A program made the position numbers and the translations under genes. Source: an uncultured Gemmatimonadales bacterium (GTDB taxonomy: Bacteria > Gemmatimonadota > Gemmatimonadetes > Gemmatimonadales > GWC2-71-9). Taken from it: a DNA stretch of 64,000 bases. A model generated the notes under the pieces. It saw only the letters and a program-made list of their open reading frames with translations. It was not told the origin of the DNA and did not search any database. This document shows, in pieces, positions 15,566-23,620 of this stretch (positions are counted from its first letter, which is position 1; every line of letters starts with the position of its first letter). The DNA lies in assembly GCA_963728915.1 (NCBI GenBank), contig CAVSLV010000004.1, positions 534,626 to 598,625 of the forward strand. The letters are read 5' to 3'.

Positions 15566-18000
15566 CTTCGGTCCGCGAAGCGTTCGAATCCATGGCCTGG
15601 GGGCCGGCCCCCGAGTCGCCGGCCCACGCGCAGGCCTGGCTGGAGAAACACCACCGCACCTTCGGGAACTACCTGAACGGTGCCTGGGTGCCGGGTGAGG
15701 CGCATTTCGGCGTGATCAATCCCGCCACTCGCGAAGCGCTCGCCCGAGTGGCCCAGGCCGGGCAATCCGAAGTGGACGCCGCGGTCGCCGCGGCCCGCGC
15801 GGCGCAGAAGGCCTGGTGGGAGCTGGGCGGACACGGCCGGGCTCGCTGGCTCTACGCCCTCGCCCGGGAAGTGCAGCGGAACGCCCGGCTCTTCGCGGTG
15901 GTCGAGTCGCTCGACAACGGCAAGCCGATCCGGGAATCCCGCGACATCGACATTCCCCTGGTGGCCCGCCATTTCTATCACCACGCCGGGTGGGCCCAGC
16001 TCATGGCCACCGAGCTAGCGGGTTATGAGCCCGTGGGAGTCGTGGGGCAGATCATTCCCTGGAACTTCCCCCTGCTCATGCTGGCCTGGAAGATCGCGCC
16101 GGCGCTCGCCATGGGGAACACCGTGGTGCTCAAGCCGGCGGAGTTCACCCCGCTCACCGCGCTCTTCTTCGCCGATTGCTGTCATGCCATCGGCTTGCCG
16201 CCCGGCGTGGTCAACATCCTCACCGGCGATGGCAGAACCGGCGCCCTGCTGGTCGATCACCCCGGGGTGGACAAGATCGCCTTTACCGGCTCCACCGAGG
16301 TGGGCCGGATCATCCGCACCGCGACGGCCGGCAGCGGCAAACGTCTATCGCTCGAGCTGGGAGGGAAGTCGCCCTTCATCGTGTTCGAGGATGCCGACCT
16401 GGACAGCGTGGTCGAGGGGGTGGTGGACGCCATCTGGTTCAACCAGGGCCAGGTCTGCTGCGCGGGGTCGCGGATCCTGGCGCAGGAGGGGATCGCGACC
16501 CGCCTGGTGGAGAAGCTCCGGGCCCGGATGGAAACTCTGCGGGTGGGATCGCCGCTCGACAAATCGGTCGACATCGGCGCGATCGTGGCCCCGGTACAGC
16601 TCGAGCGCATCGAAACGCTGGTCAAGCAGGGGGTCGACGAGGGCGCCACCTGCTGGCAGCCGAGCTGGAGCTGTCCCACCGAAGGGCTGTTCTATCCTCC
16701 GACCCTCTTCACCGACGTGGCGCCGGCCGCCACCATCGCGCAGGTCGAGATCTTCGGCCCCGTCGTCGTGCTCATGACCTTCCGGACGCCCGCTGAGGCG
16801 GTCGAGATCGCCAACAATACCCGCTACGGACTCGCGGCCAGCGTGTGGAGCGAGAATCTCAATACCGCCCTCGATATCGCCCCGCAACTCAAAGCGGGAA
16901 CGGTCTGGGTCAATTGCACCAACATGTTCGACGCGGCGAGCGGCTTCGGAGGGTATCGGGAATCGGGGTTCGGGCGGGAAGGCGGGCTCGAGGGGTTGTG
17001 GGAGTATGTAAAGTCGGAAAGTCGGAAAGTCGGAAAGTCGGCACTCCAGACCTCCAGACCTCCAGACCTCCAGACCTCCAGACCTTCCGACCTTCCGCCC
17101 ATCGACCGCACTCCCAAGCTCTACATCGGCGGGAAGCAGGTCCGCCCCGACGCGACCTACACGCTGCCGATCCACGACGCTTCGGGCCGGCTGGTCGCCG
17201 AGATCCCGCGCGGCAACCGGAAGGACATCCGGAATGCGGTCGAGGCCGCCCACAAGGCGGAAACGGCGTGGGGCAAGGCGACCGCCCATCTTCGCGCCCA
17301 GGTGCTCTATTACTTCGCGGAGAACCTCGCGGTCCGGCAGCGGGAATTCACCGACCGTCTGACCTCCCTGACCTCCCTGACCTCCCTGACCTCCCTGACC
17401 TCCCTGACCTCCCCGACCTCCCCGACCTCCCCGACCTCCCTGACCTCCCCGACCGCCGAAGTCGCCGCTGCCATCGAGCGTGCCTTCTTCTACGCGGCCT
17501 GGGCCGACAAGTACGACGGCCGGGTACACCACACCCCGTTCCGCAACGTGACCCTGGCGATGAACGAGCCCCTTGGCGTATTAGGCCTGATCGCGCCGGA
17601 GGACCTGGGACTCCTGGGCTTCCTCTCCCTGGTGCTCCCCGCCGTCGCGATGGGGAACACCGTGGTGGCGGTCCCATCGAGCCGTCTGCCTCTCCTCGCG
17701 ACCGACCTCTACCAGGTCTTCGATACCTCCGATCTCCCCGGAGGTGTGATCAACATCGTGACCGGGCTCCGTGAGGAGCTGGTCCCGGTGCTCGCCGCGC
17801 ACGACGATGTGGACGGGATCTGGCTGTTCGGAACCCGGGAAGAAGTCACCGAGGTGGAGAAGCTCTCGGCGGGGAACATGAAGCGCACCTGGGCGGAGTG
17901 GGAGCCGAGGCAGTGGCTCGACTCCCACGAGGGACAGGGGCAGGAGTTCCTTCGCGAAGCCACCCAGGTCAAGAACATCTGGGTTCCCTACGGGGCCTAG
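15562..18000 (+). CDS. Fused double aldehyde dehydrogenase: a complete ALDH module plus a truncated, probably non-catalytic ALDH-like module
   Basis: 812-aa ORF. Module 1 has GNTVVLKPAE, FTGSTEVG, LELGGKSP and NQGQVCCAGSR (catalytic Cys). After the repeat-encoded linker, module 2 starts with the ALDH-type N-terminus IDRTPKLYIGGKQVRP...GNRKDIRNAVEAA and keeps GNTVVAVPS. It has no Cys block and is only about 290 aa. Confidence 0.85.
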   Translation: MTSVREAFESMAWGPAPESPAHAQAWLEKHHRTFGNYLNGAWVPGEAHFGVINPATREALARVAQAGQSEVDAAVAAARAAQKAWWELGGHGRARWLYALAREVQRNARLFAVVESLDNGKPIRESRDIDIPLVARHFYHHAGWAQLMATELAGYEPVGVVGQIIPWNFPLLMLAWKIAPALAMGNTVVLKPAEFTPLTALFFADCCHAIGLPPGVVNILTGDGRTGALLVDHPGVDKIAFTGSTEVGRIIRTATAGSGKRLSLELGGKSPFIVFEDADLDSVVEGVVDAIWFNQGQVCCAGSRILAQEGIATRLVEKLRARMETLRVGSPLDKSVDIGAIVAPVQLERIETLVKQGVDEGATCWQPSWSCPTEGLFYPPTLFTDVAPAATIAQVEIFGPVVVLMTFRTPAEAVEIANNTRYGLAASVWSENLNTALDIAPQLKAGTVWVNCTNMFDAASGFGGYRESGFGREGGLEGLWEYVKSESRKVGKSALQTSRPPDLQTSRPSDLPPIDRTPKLYIGGKQVRPDATYTLPIHDASGRLVAEIPRGNRKDIRNAVEAAHKAETAWGKATAHLRAQVLYYFAENLAVRQREFTDRLTSLTSLTSLTSLTSLTSPTSPTSPTSLTSPTAEVAAAIERAFFYAAWADKYDGRVHHTPFRNVTLAMNEPLGVLGLIAPEDLGLLGFLSLVLPAVAMGNTVVAVPSSRLPLLATDLYQVFDTSDLPGGVINIVTGLREELVPVLAAHDDVDGIWLFGTREEVTEVEKLSAGNMKRTWAEWEPRQWLDSHEGQGQEFLREATQVKNIWVPYGA
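17011..17098. repeat. Two adjacent octamer arrays, (AAGTCGGA)x4 then (CCTCCAGA)x5 and (CCTTCCGN)x2, forming the ALDH inter-module linker
   Basis: Read directly. It translates as SESRKVGKSALQTSRPPDLQTSRPSDLPP. The left array and the last two right units are near reverse complements (GTCGGAAAGTCGG versus CCGACCTTCCGAC). Confidence 0.9.
17359..17448. repeat. 10 x 9-nt tandem array (CTGACCTCC / CCGACCTCC) encoding (LTS)5(PTS)3 LTS PT inside ALDH module 2
   Basis: Read directly. It has the same CCGACCTC core and the same codon phase (CCG|ACC|TCY) as the array at 12992..13085. Confidence 0.92.
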
Positions 18001-18008
18001 CGCTTTTC

Positions 18009-18422
18009 CTACTTCGTCTCCTCGACGATCTTGCTCAGGATTTCCTTCGCGAAATCCTTGTCCCAGGTCACCGGGCTCTTCTTGACGGTCACTTCGACCT
18101 TGGTCTGATCGCCCTGGGCCTTGAGATTCACCGAGACATCACGATCGGAGCTCTTCCCTTGCAGCGTCCGGGTTTCGATTCCCCCGTCGTGTTCGGTAAT
18201 GGTCCGGGACTCCGTGATCGAGAGGGATTGGAACGTGTGCCGCGCCGCCGCCAGGGTCTGGTCCACAGGCGCCGCGACCACCGATTCCGCCCCGTTATCG
18301 GTGAGGTAAATCGCGCCACCTGCCCCGGCCCCCGCCGCGAAGAGAAAGCAGCCGCTGGTCGCGAGCGCCCCGCCCATCAGGGCGAACGCCAGGACGCCCG
18401 CCTTTTTCCCGACTCCGAACAT
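18009..18422 (-). CDS. Small lipoprotein (DUF3568-like)
   Basis: ORF 18009..18479; ATG 18422 gives MFGVGKKAGVLAFALMGGALATSGC (lipobox). Size of about 137 aa and the glycine-rich AGAGAGGAIY block are recalled from DUF3568. Confidence 0.6.
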   Translation of the reverse strand: MFGVGKKAGVLAFALMGGALATSGCFLFAAGAGAGGAIYLTDNGAESVVAAPVDQTLAAARHTFQSLSITESRTITEHDGGIETRTLQGKSSDRDVSVNLKAQGDQTKVEVTVKKSPVTWDKDFAKEILSKIVEETK

Positions 18423-18506
18423 CGATGCCCTCCTGTATCGGCTCAATGACCTGACGCCGCCGGAGGGCGGATGTGGCACAGATCCCGTTCCCCTGACCGA
18501 TCCCGG

Positions 18507-20165
18507 TCAGGGCTCGTGCGGGAAAGGCTTCTGGGAAGGGGTGTAGGTGGGTGGTCTCCGGGCATTGACCAGCTGCTCGAACGCGAACGCCAGCCGAAGC
18601 AGCTTGCCCTCGCTCCACGCCGAACCCATGAAGAGGAGTCCCACCGGAAGGCCGGAGACGTCTCCCGCGGGAACGGTCACGCAGGGATAGCCGGCCGCCG
18701 CCGAAGTGACGAAGCTCCCCATGGGAGCGTTGTCGCCGAGCATCGGATCGATCAGGCTCCCCGGCGGCTGGGTTGGGGCGACGATCGCGTCGAGCCGGAA
18801 GGCCGACAAGGTCGCATCGATCCCCTGGGTCCGGGCCAGTTGCCGGACCATCGCGAGGGAGCGCTGATAGTCAGGGGTGGACAACGGACCCCTCGTCACC
18901 GCGTACTCGAACACTTCCTGCCCGAAATACCTGAGCTCGCGCTCGGCGTTTTGTTCGTTGAACGCGATCAGCTCCGTCAGGGAATGGACCGGCTGGCTCT
19001 TGTCCAGGCTCCCCAGGAACCGGTCCATCGCGGCCTTGATCTCATAGCTCAGAACTTCGGCGTCGAAGGTCCAGATCGCGGCGGCGGTGTCGACCTCCGC
19101 GGGATCGATCAAGGTGGCGCCGGCTCCGGCCATCGCTCCCAAGGCGTGGTCGGCAATCCGATCTGCGGCCAGGTTGGCGCCGAACAGATTCCTTGCCACG
19201 CCGATCCGGGCTCCCTTGAGCCCCGCCGGGTCGAGGAAGGTGGTGTAATCCTTCTCGACGTGTCCCCGCCCACTCTGGGTTGCGGAATCGGCCGGATCCG
19301 GACCCGCGATGGCGGAGAGCAGCAGGGCGACGTCGCGCACGGTTCGGCCGATCGGCCCCGGGGATTCCTGGGTGATCGAGACCTGAATCGAGCCGGCTCG
19401 GCTGATCAGCCCGACGGTCGGCTTCATTCCGACGACGCCGCAAATCGAGGAGGGGCTCACGATCGATCCCATCGTTTCGGCCCCGACCGCCGCCGCCGCG
19501 AGGCTTGCGGCAACCGCCGCCGCGGAGCCCGCGCTCGACCCGCCGGGCGTCCGGTCCAGCTCGTAGGGATTGAGCGTAAAGCCGCCGCGGGCGCTCCATC
19601 CTGCGATGGCGTTCTTCCCCCGCCCGTTGCTCCACTCGCTCATGTTGGTCTTGCCGAGAATGACGCAGCCGGCTTCGCGGAGCTTCCTGACGATCGTCGC
19701 GTCCTGCGGTGCGATGTAATGCTCGAGCGCCAGGGACCCCGCGCTGGTGTGCATCGTGTCCGCGCTTCCGAACGTGTCTTTCACCAGAATCGGGATTCCG
19801 TGCAAACGGCTCCGGGGGCCCTTGGCGCTGCGCTCCACATCCAGGGCTTCCGCGATCGCGATGGCTTCCCGGTTCTGTTCGAGGATTGACCCGAGTGTTG
19901 GACCGCTCCGGTCGATGGATTCGATGCGCGCCAGATAGGCGCTCACCAGGTCCCGGGAGGTCCACCGTCCCGAGGCGAGGCCAAGGGCTGCGTCGGAAAG
20001 ACTGAGCTCTTCCACCGTCACCGTTTCCAGCGGGGCTGCGGCTTGGCGGGACAGCGAGAGGAAACGTGGCCCGAGCGCCATCAGGCCGGCCGCCTGCGAG
20101 GCACGTTGCAGGAATTCCCGGCGATTGACGGGAGAGGAAGGAGCCGGACGCCGGGGGCTGGACAT
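18507..20165 (-). CDS. Tat-exported amidase (amidase-signature family)
   Basis: ORF 18507..20366. ATG 20165 gives MSSPRRPAPSSPVNRREFLQRASQAAGLMALG (twin-arginine signal). AS block GGSSAGSAAAVAA and the PILVKDT lysine block are present. Confidence 0.88.
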   Translation of the reverse strand: MSSPRRPAPSSPVNRREFLQRASQAAGLMALGPRFLSLSRQAAAPLETVTVEELSLSDAALGLASGRWTSRDLVSAYLARIESIDRSGPTLGSILEQNREAIAIAEALDVERSAKGPRSRLHGIPILVKDTFGSADTMHTSAGSLALEHYIAPQDATIVRKLREAGCVILGKTNMSEWSNGRGKNAIAGWSARGGFTLNPYELDRTPGGSSAGSAAAVAASLAAAAVGAETMGSIVSPSSICGVVGMKPTVGLISRAGSIQVSITQESPGPIGRTVRDVALLLSAIAGPDPADSATQSGRGHVEKDYTTFLDPAGLKGARIGVARNLFGANLAADRIADHALGAMAGAGATLIDPAEVDTAAAIWTFDAEVLSYEIKAAMDRFLGSLDKSQPVHSLTELIAFNEQNAERELRYFGQEVFEYAVTRGPLSTPDYQRSLAMVRQLARTQGIDATLSAFRLDAIVAPTQPPGSLIDPMLGDNAPMGSFVTSAAAGYPCVTVPAGDVSGLPVGLLFMGSAWSEGKLLRLAFAFEQLVNARRPPTYTPSQKPFPHEP

Positions 20166-20200
20166 AGGATCTATACGGGCCAGCCGATGGTTCGGTTGAT

Positions 20201-21067
20201 TCAGCTGGTTCGCTCGAGGAGGGCCACACCGGAGAAGCGCTGGAATTCTTCCCGCTTCTTCTTCGGCATGAGGCGACCGATAAAGCGCCAGAAGCCGGCC
20301 ATCTGCATCGTGCGTTTCAGCCGGATCGACTCGTCGAATATCGCGCGATACTCCAGCTCTCGCCATCCGAATTTCTCGAAGAACCGGGTGTTCTCCGCCG
20401 GGCCGAACCGGAAGGGAGCGTTGCCGGCCCGGAGCGACGGCGCCCAGGTCTTCTCGAGCCGCTTGAGCAGCCCGGGGCTGGCCAGATCCATGATCCAGTA
20501 CCGAAACGCAGCCTGGGCGGCGAGATCACTCGCCAGCCCGGCGACCGCCTCCGATTCGAGGTAAATCAGGAGCCCCTCACTGATCACCAGGGCTCGGCTC
20601 AGACGTTTTCCGAGATCACGGAAGAGGGCCTGTCGTTCGGGTACCCGGCTGAGATCGAGCCGGATGGCCTCGTACCGGCAGCGGGCCTGCTCGCCTTGCA
20701 GGATCGATTCCTTGCGATCGAGCATCGGGGGCAAGTCCACGTCGACCCAGAGCAGCTCTTTTGGAAGCGGCAGCCGCCAGGGTCGCGCGTCGAGGCCCGC
20801 CGCCAGATTCACCACCCCATCGAGTCGCTCCCGCTCCAGAACGCTGAGCAGCAGCTCATCGATGACCGCGGTGCGGACGATCATGGGCCAGGCGAGCTGG
20901 CGGCCTTTTGGCATGGCATCGACGATGGCCTGGCCGCGGTCACCCGCCAGCGCCTTGGCGAACCGGTCGCGGAAGATGGCATCGGGACGCTCGGTTTCCA
21001 TCGCCCGGTAGTAGGCGACCCAGCGGGCGGTATCGGTGACGTCACGGATCAGTGGCTGGTCGGTCAT
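20201..21067 (-). CDS. Class I SAM-dependent methyltransferase (LCMT / O-methyltransferase-like)
   Basis: The real start is ATG 21067 (MTDQPLIRDVTDTARWVAYYRA). The upstream part of ORF 20201..21409 overlaps the M28 gene and is Arg/Ser/Pro junk. Motif-I-like VVNLAAGLDARPW is present. Confidence 0.8.
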   Translation of the reverse strand: MTDQPLIRDVTDTARWVAYYRAMETERPDAIFRDRFAKALAGDRGQAIVDAMPKGRQLAWPMIVRTAVIDELLLSVLERERLDGVVNLAAGLDARPWRLPLPKELLWVDVDLPPMLDRKESILQGEQARCRYEAIRLDLSRVPERQALFRDLGKRLSRALVISEGLLIYLESEAVAGLASDLAAQAAFRYWIMDLASPGLLKRLEKTWAPSLRAGNAPFRFGPAENTRFFEKFGWRELEYRAIFDESIRLKRTMQMAGFWRFIGRLMPKKKREEFQRFSGVALLERTS

Positions 21068-21077
21068 CTCGGCCGTG

Positions 21078-22562
21078 TCAGGGGGTCGGCGAGTCGGAAG
21101 GCCGGGGGACCGGGGCGTCCCGGATGGCCGCCTGCCAGGCGAAGAACGCCAGGACGATGGCCGACTGTTTGAGATCGTCGAGCTTGACCCGCTCCGCGAA
21201 ATCCATGTTGGTGTGATGGGTGCGGGTGTCGTACTCGTGATAGTCCTGGAGCGAGTTGAATCCCGCCAGGCCCAGCGCGGTAAACGCCAGGTGGTCGGTG
21301 CTCCCGATCTTTCCTGACACGTTGCGCCGCGCGCCCAGCGGCCGAAGCGGGGCAAGCCAGGCATCGAAGACCGCCTTGGCCCGGGTGTTCTCCTCCATGT
21401 ACCAGCCATAGATCGGGCCGGTGCCCGGGTCGTTATTCAGGTACAGGGCGAGATGCTCCCGGTTCTCAGCATTGGCGGGGCCGGCATAGTGCGCCTGGGC
21501 GTAGGCCCGCGAGCCCAGGAGACCCTCTTCCTCACCGCCCCAGAGCGCCATCCGGATCGTGCGACGAGGCCTGGCTCCGATGGCCTTGAGAATCCGCATC
21601 GCTTCCATGAGCGAAGCGGCGGCGTCGGCGTTGTCGGCCGCGCCGGTCGCCGAGTGCCAGGAGTCGAGGTGCGCGCCGAGCAGCACCACCTGGTCCCGGA
21701 GGGCGGGATCGCTGCCCGGGAGCTCGGCGATGACGTTGTATCCGTTGGTGTCGGCGGTCCAGGAGCGGGTCTGGAGATTCACCCGCAACTTGACCGGCGC
21801 GCCGTCCTCCAGTGCGCGAACGATCAGGTTGTAGTGTTCCGCCGCGAGTACGATCGAGGGCGCGGCATCGGGCGGATTGTCGCGGCGACCGGTGACGAAC
21901 AGAGTGCCTTCCGATCCCTGGTTGGGACGCAGGACCACTCCCGCCTTGAGCTCCCGCATGATCGGACCCAGCGAACGCCCCGGCAGCGGGCCCCGCGCGT
22001 TGAGGAAGGGGGGCGCCCCGATCGGTACCGGCTCCTCGTGCTCACTCGGCTCCGGCCGGTCCCGCGCGATGAACTCCTGCTGGGGCTGGGTCGCCAGCAC
22101 GATGGCGCCGCGAATCTCCGACGCCCGGGCTCTCACGGCCGCCGAATCGGCGAGATCCCCGATGTATACCGGCCGGGCGACCAGCTCGCCCTGGGTGCCT
22201 GGGCTCCAGGCATCGGGATATCCGATCAACGGGAAATACCGGGGCTCGACCATCTCCAGGGTGAGCCGTTCGAGGCTCCATCCCCTGCCGAAGGGCCAGG
22301 TCTCCTGATGCACTCCGCTCAGCCCGTACTGCTTGAGCTGGGTGGTGCTCCAATCCACCGCCTGCCTGAATGCGGGGCTGCCGGTCAGTCGCGGTCCAAT
22401 CACTTCGGTGAGATGCCGAAAGGTCTTCTCGACTTGAGACCGCGCGGTGCCTTCCTCCCGGATACGCGCCAGCATGGCCGTATCCACCCGCTCCTGAGCC
22501 TCGCCCGAGCGGAACGAGACCAACCCGAGCAGGCCGATGAGGAGGACCATTCGCATGCTCAC
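21078..22562 (-). CDS. M28-family aminopeptidase (secreted)
   Basis: 494-aa ORF. Signal peptide MRMVLLIGLLGLVSFRSGEAQE. M28 zinc block GAHLDSWHSATGAADNADAAASLMEAMR and GGEEEGLLGS are present. An alternative start is ATG 22556. Confidence 0.85.
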   Translation of the reverse strand: MSMRMVLLIGLLGLVSFRSGEAQERVDTAMLARIREEGTARSQVEKTFRHLTEVIGPRLTGSPAFRQAVDWSTTQLKQYGLSGVHQETWPFGRGWSLERLTLEMVEPRYFPLIGYPDAWSPGTQGELVARPVYIGDLADSAAVRARASEIRGAIVLATQPQQEFIARDRPEPSEHEEPVPIGAPPFLNARGPLPGRSLGPIMRELKAGVVLRPNQGSEGTLFVTGRRDNPPDAAPSIVLAAEHYNLIVRALEDGAPVKLRVNLQTRSWTADTNGYNVIAELPGSDPALRDQVVLLGAHLDSWHSATGAADNADAAASLMEAMRILKAIGARPRRTIRMALWGGEEEGLLGSRAYAQAHYAGPANAENREHLALYLNNDPGTGPIYGWYMEENTRAKAVFDAWLAPLRPLGARRNVSGKIGSTDHLAFTALGLAGFNSLQDYHEYDTRTHHTNMDFAERVKLDDLKQSAIVLAFFAWQAAIRDAPVPRPSDSPTP

Positions 22563-23554
22563 TGTCCTTTCGGATACACTCCGAGAATCACGACTTCGAA
22601 CGGTAGTGGGGCCGTGTGGGACAGGGTGTCCCCGGCGGCCTTCATCAGGCGAACCAATCCGTCGAGACTGATCCGCGGCAGTCCCCAGACATGGACCCAG
22701 GCGCCGGGGGGTAAGCCGCTGATCGCGCTGTCGGGGGGACTCCCGCCGATCAGCACGACCCGAATCGAATCGCGCAGCACGTTCCCCGCGAGGTCCCGGG
22801 CTCGGCCGTTCAGATAACGCCCGTCGTCCCGTACCGTGACAGGGCGGTCGGTGAGGTCCAGCACGAAATGTACGTCGTTCCAGAGCCCGGCCGCGGTTTT
22901 GACGAGGACGCTGTCGCCCTGGATCCGGAACTGCACCTCGGCCTGGTCCAGCCGATCGAAGGCCGAAGAGGCGTGGAACGGCCGGTAGCCCTCGACCGGG
23001 TGCAGGGTATAGCGGAGGTCGATGTCGCCGATCCGGATCACGGGGTGAAGCTCGAAGAGGTGGTCGGGATTGGAATTGGGGAGACGGGGCATCGGGTCCC
23101 CCTGACGCTGCGGCAGCCCGATCGCATGTTCGGGCCAGTATCGGGGGACCGCCACCATCCGGATCGGGCGTCGGGTTGCCTCGGCCCGGCGCACCGCCGC
23201 AACCGCAGCCGGAGCGGTCTTCGCGTTCGCGATCTCGGCCACCAATCGGAGCCCGATGTCGGGCGACCGTCCCGCAAGGTGGATATCGCCGTCGAATGCC
23301 GCTGGATTGATCATCTGGGCGGCCACATCGACGGTGAACTCGGTCTCCATGGTGATCCGTTCCCGATTCGCCTCGAGAAACGCGCGGCTGAACCGGACCG
23401 TAACGTGGTCCGGGCCGACCCTCTCGGTGACCGCCTCATGGATGATGAGCATGCGCCTCACCACTTCCGCGCAACCAGCCAGGGCAAGCGCAACCAGGCA
23501 GGCGAGCAGCCGAACCGCAGCGCCACCGGCGATTCCCGAGGATGGTAGCCGCAT
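22559..23554 (-). CDS. Hypothetical lipoprotein
   Basis: 331-aa ORF with lipobox LALAGC and coding-like high GC3. No recognisable catalytic motif. The stop overlaps or abuts the M28 start. Confidence 0.6.
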   Translation of the reverse strand: MRLPSSGIAGGAAVRLLACLVALALAGCAEVVRRMLIIHEAVTERVGPDHVTVRFSRAFLEANRERITMETEFTVDVAAQMINPAAFDGDIHLAGRSPDIGLRLVAEIANAKTAPAAVAAVRRAEATRRPIRMVAVPRYWPEHAIGLPQRQGDPMPRLPNSNPDHLFELHPVIRIGDIDLRYTLHPVEGYRPFHASSAFDRLDQAEVQFRIQGDSVLVKTAAGLWNDVHFVLDLTDRPVTVRDDGRYLNGRARDLAGNVLRDSIRVVLIGGSPPDSAISGLPPGAWVHVWGLPRISLDGLVRLMKAAGDTLSHTAPLPFEVVILGVYPKGQ

Positions 23555-23620
23555 CAGTAAGGGGACGAATCTCCGCCCCCTTCCCGCATCCCGATGGCTT
23601 CGAAGTGGTTGGAGAGGCCG

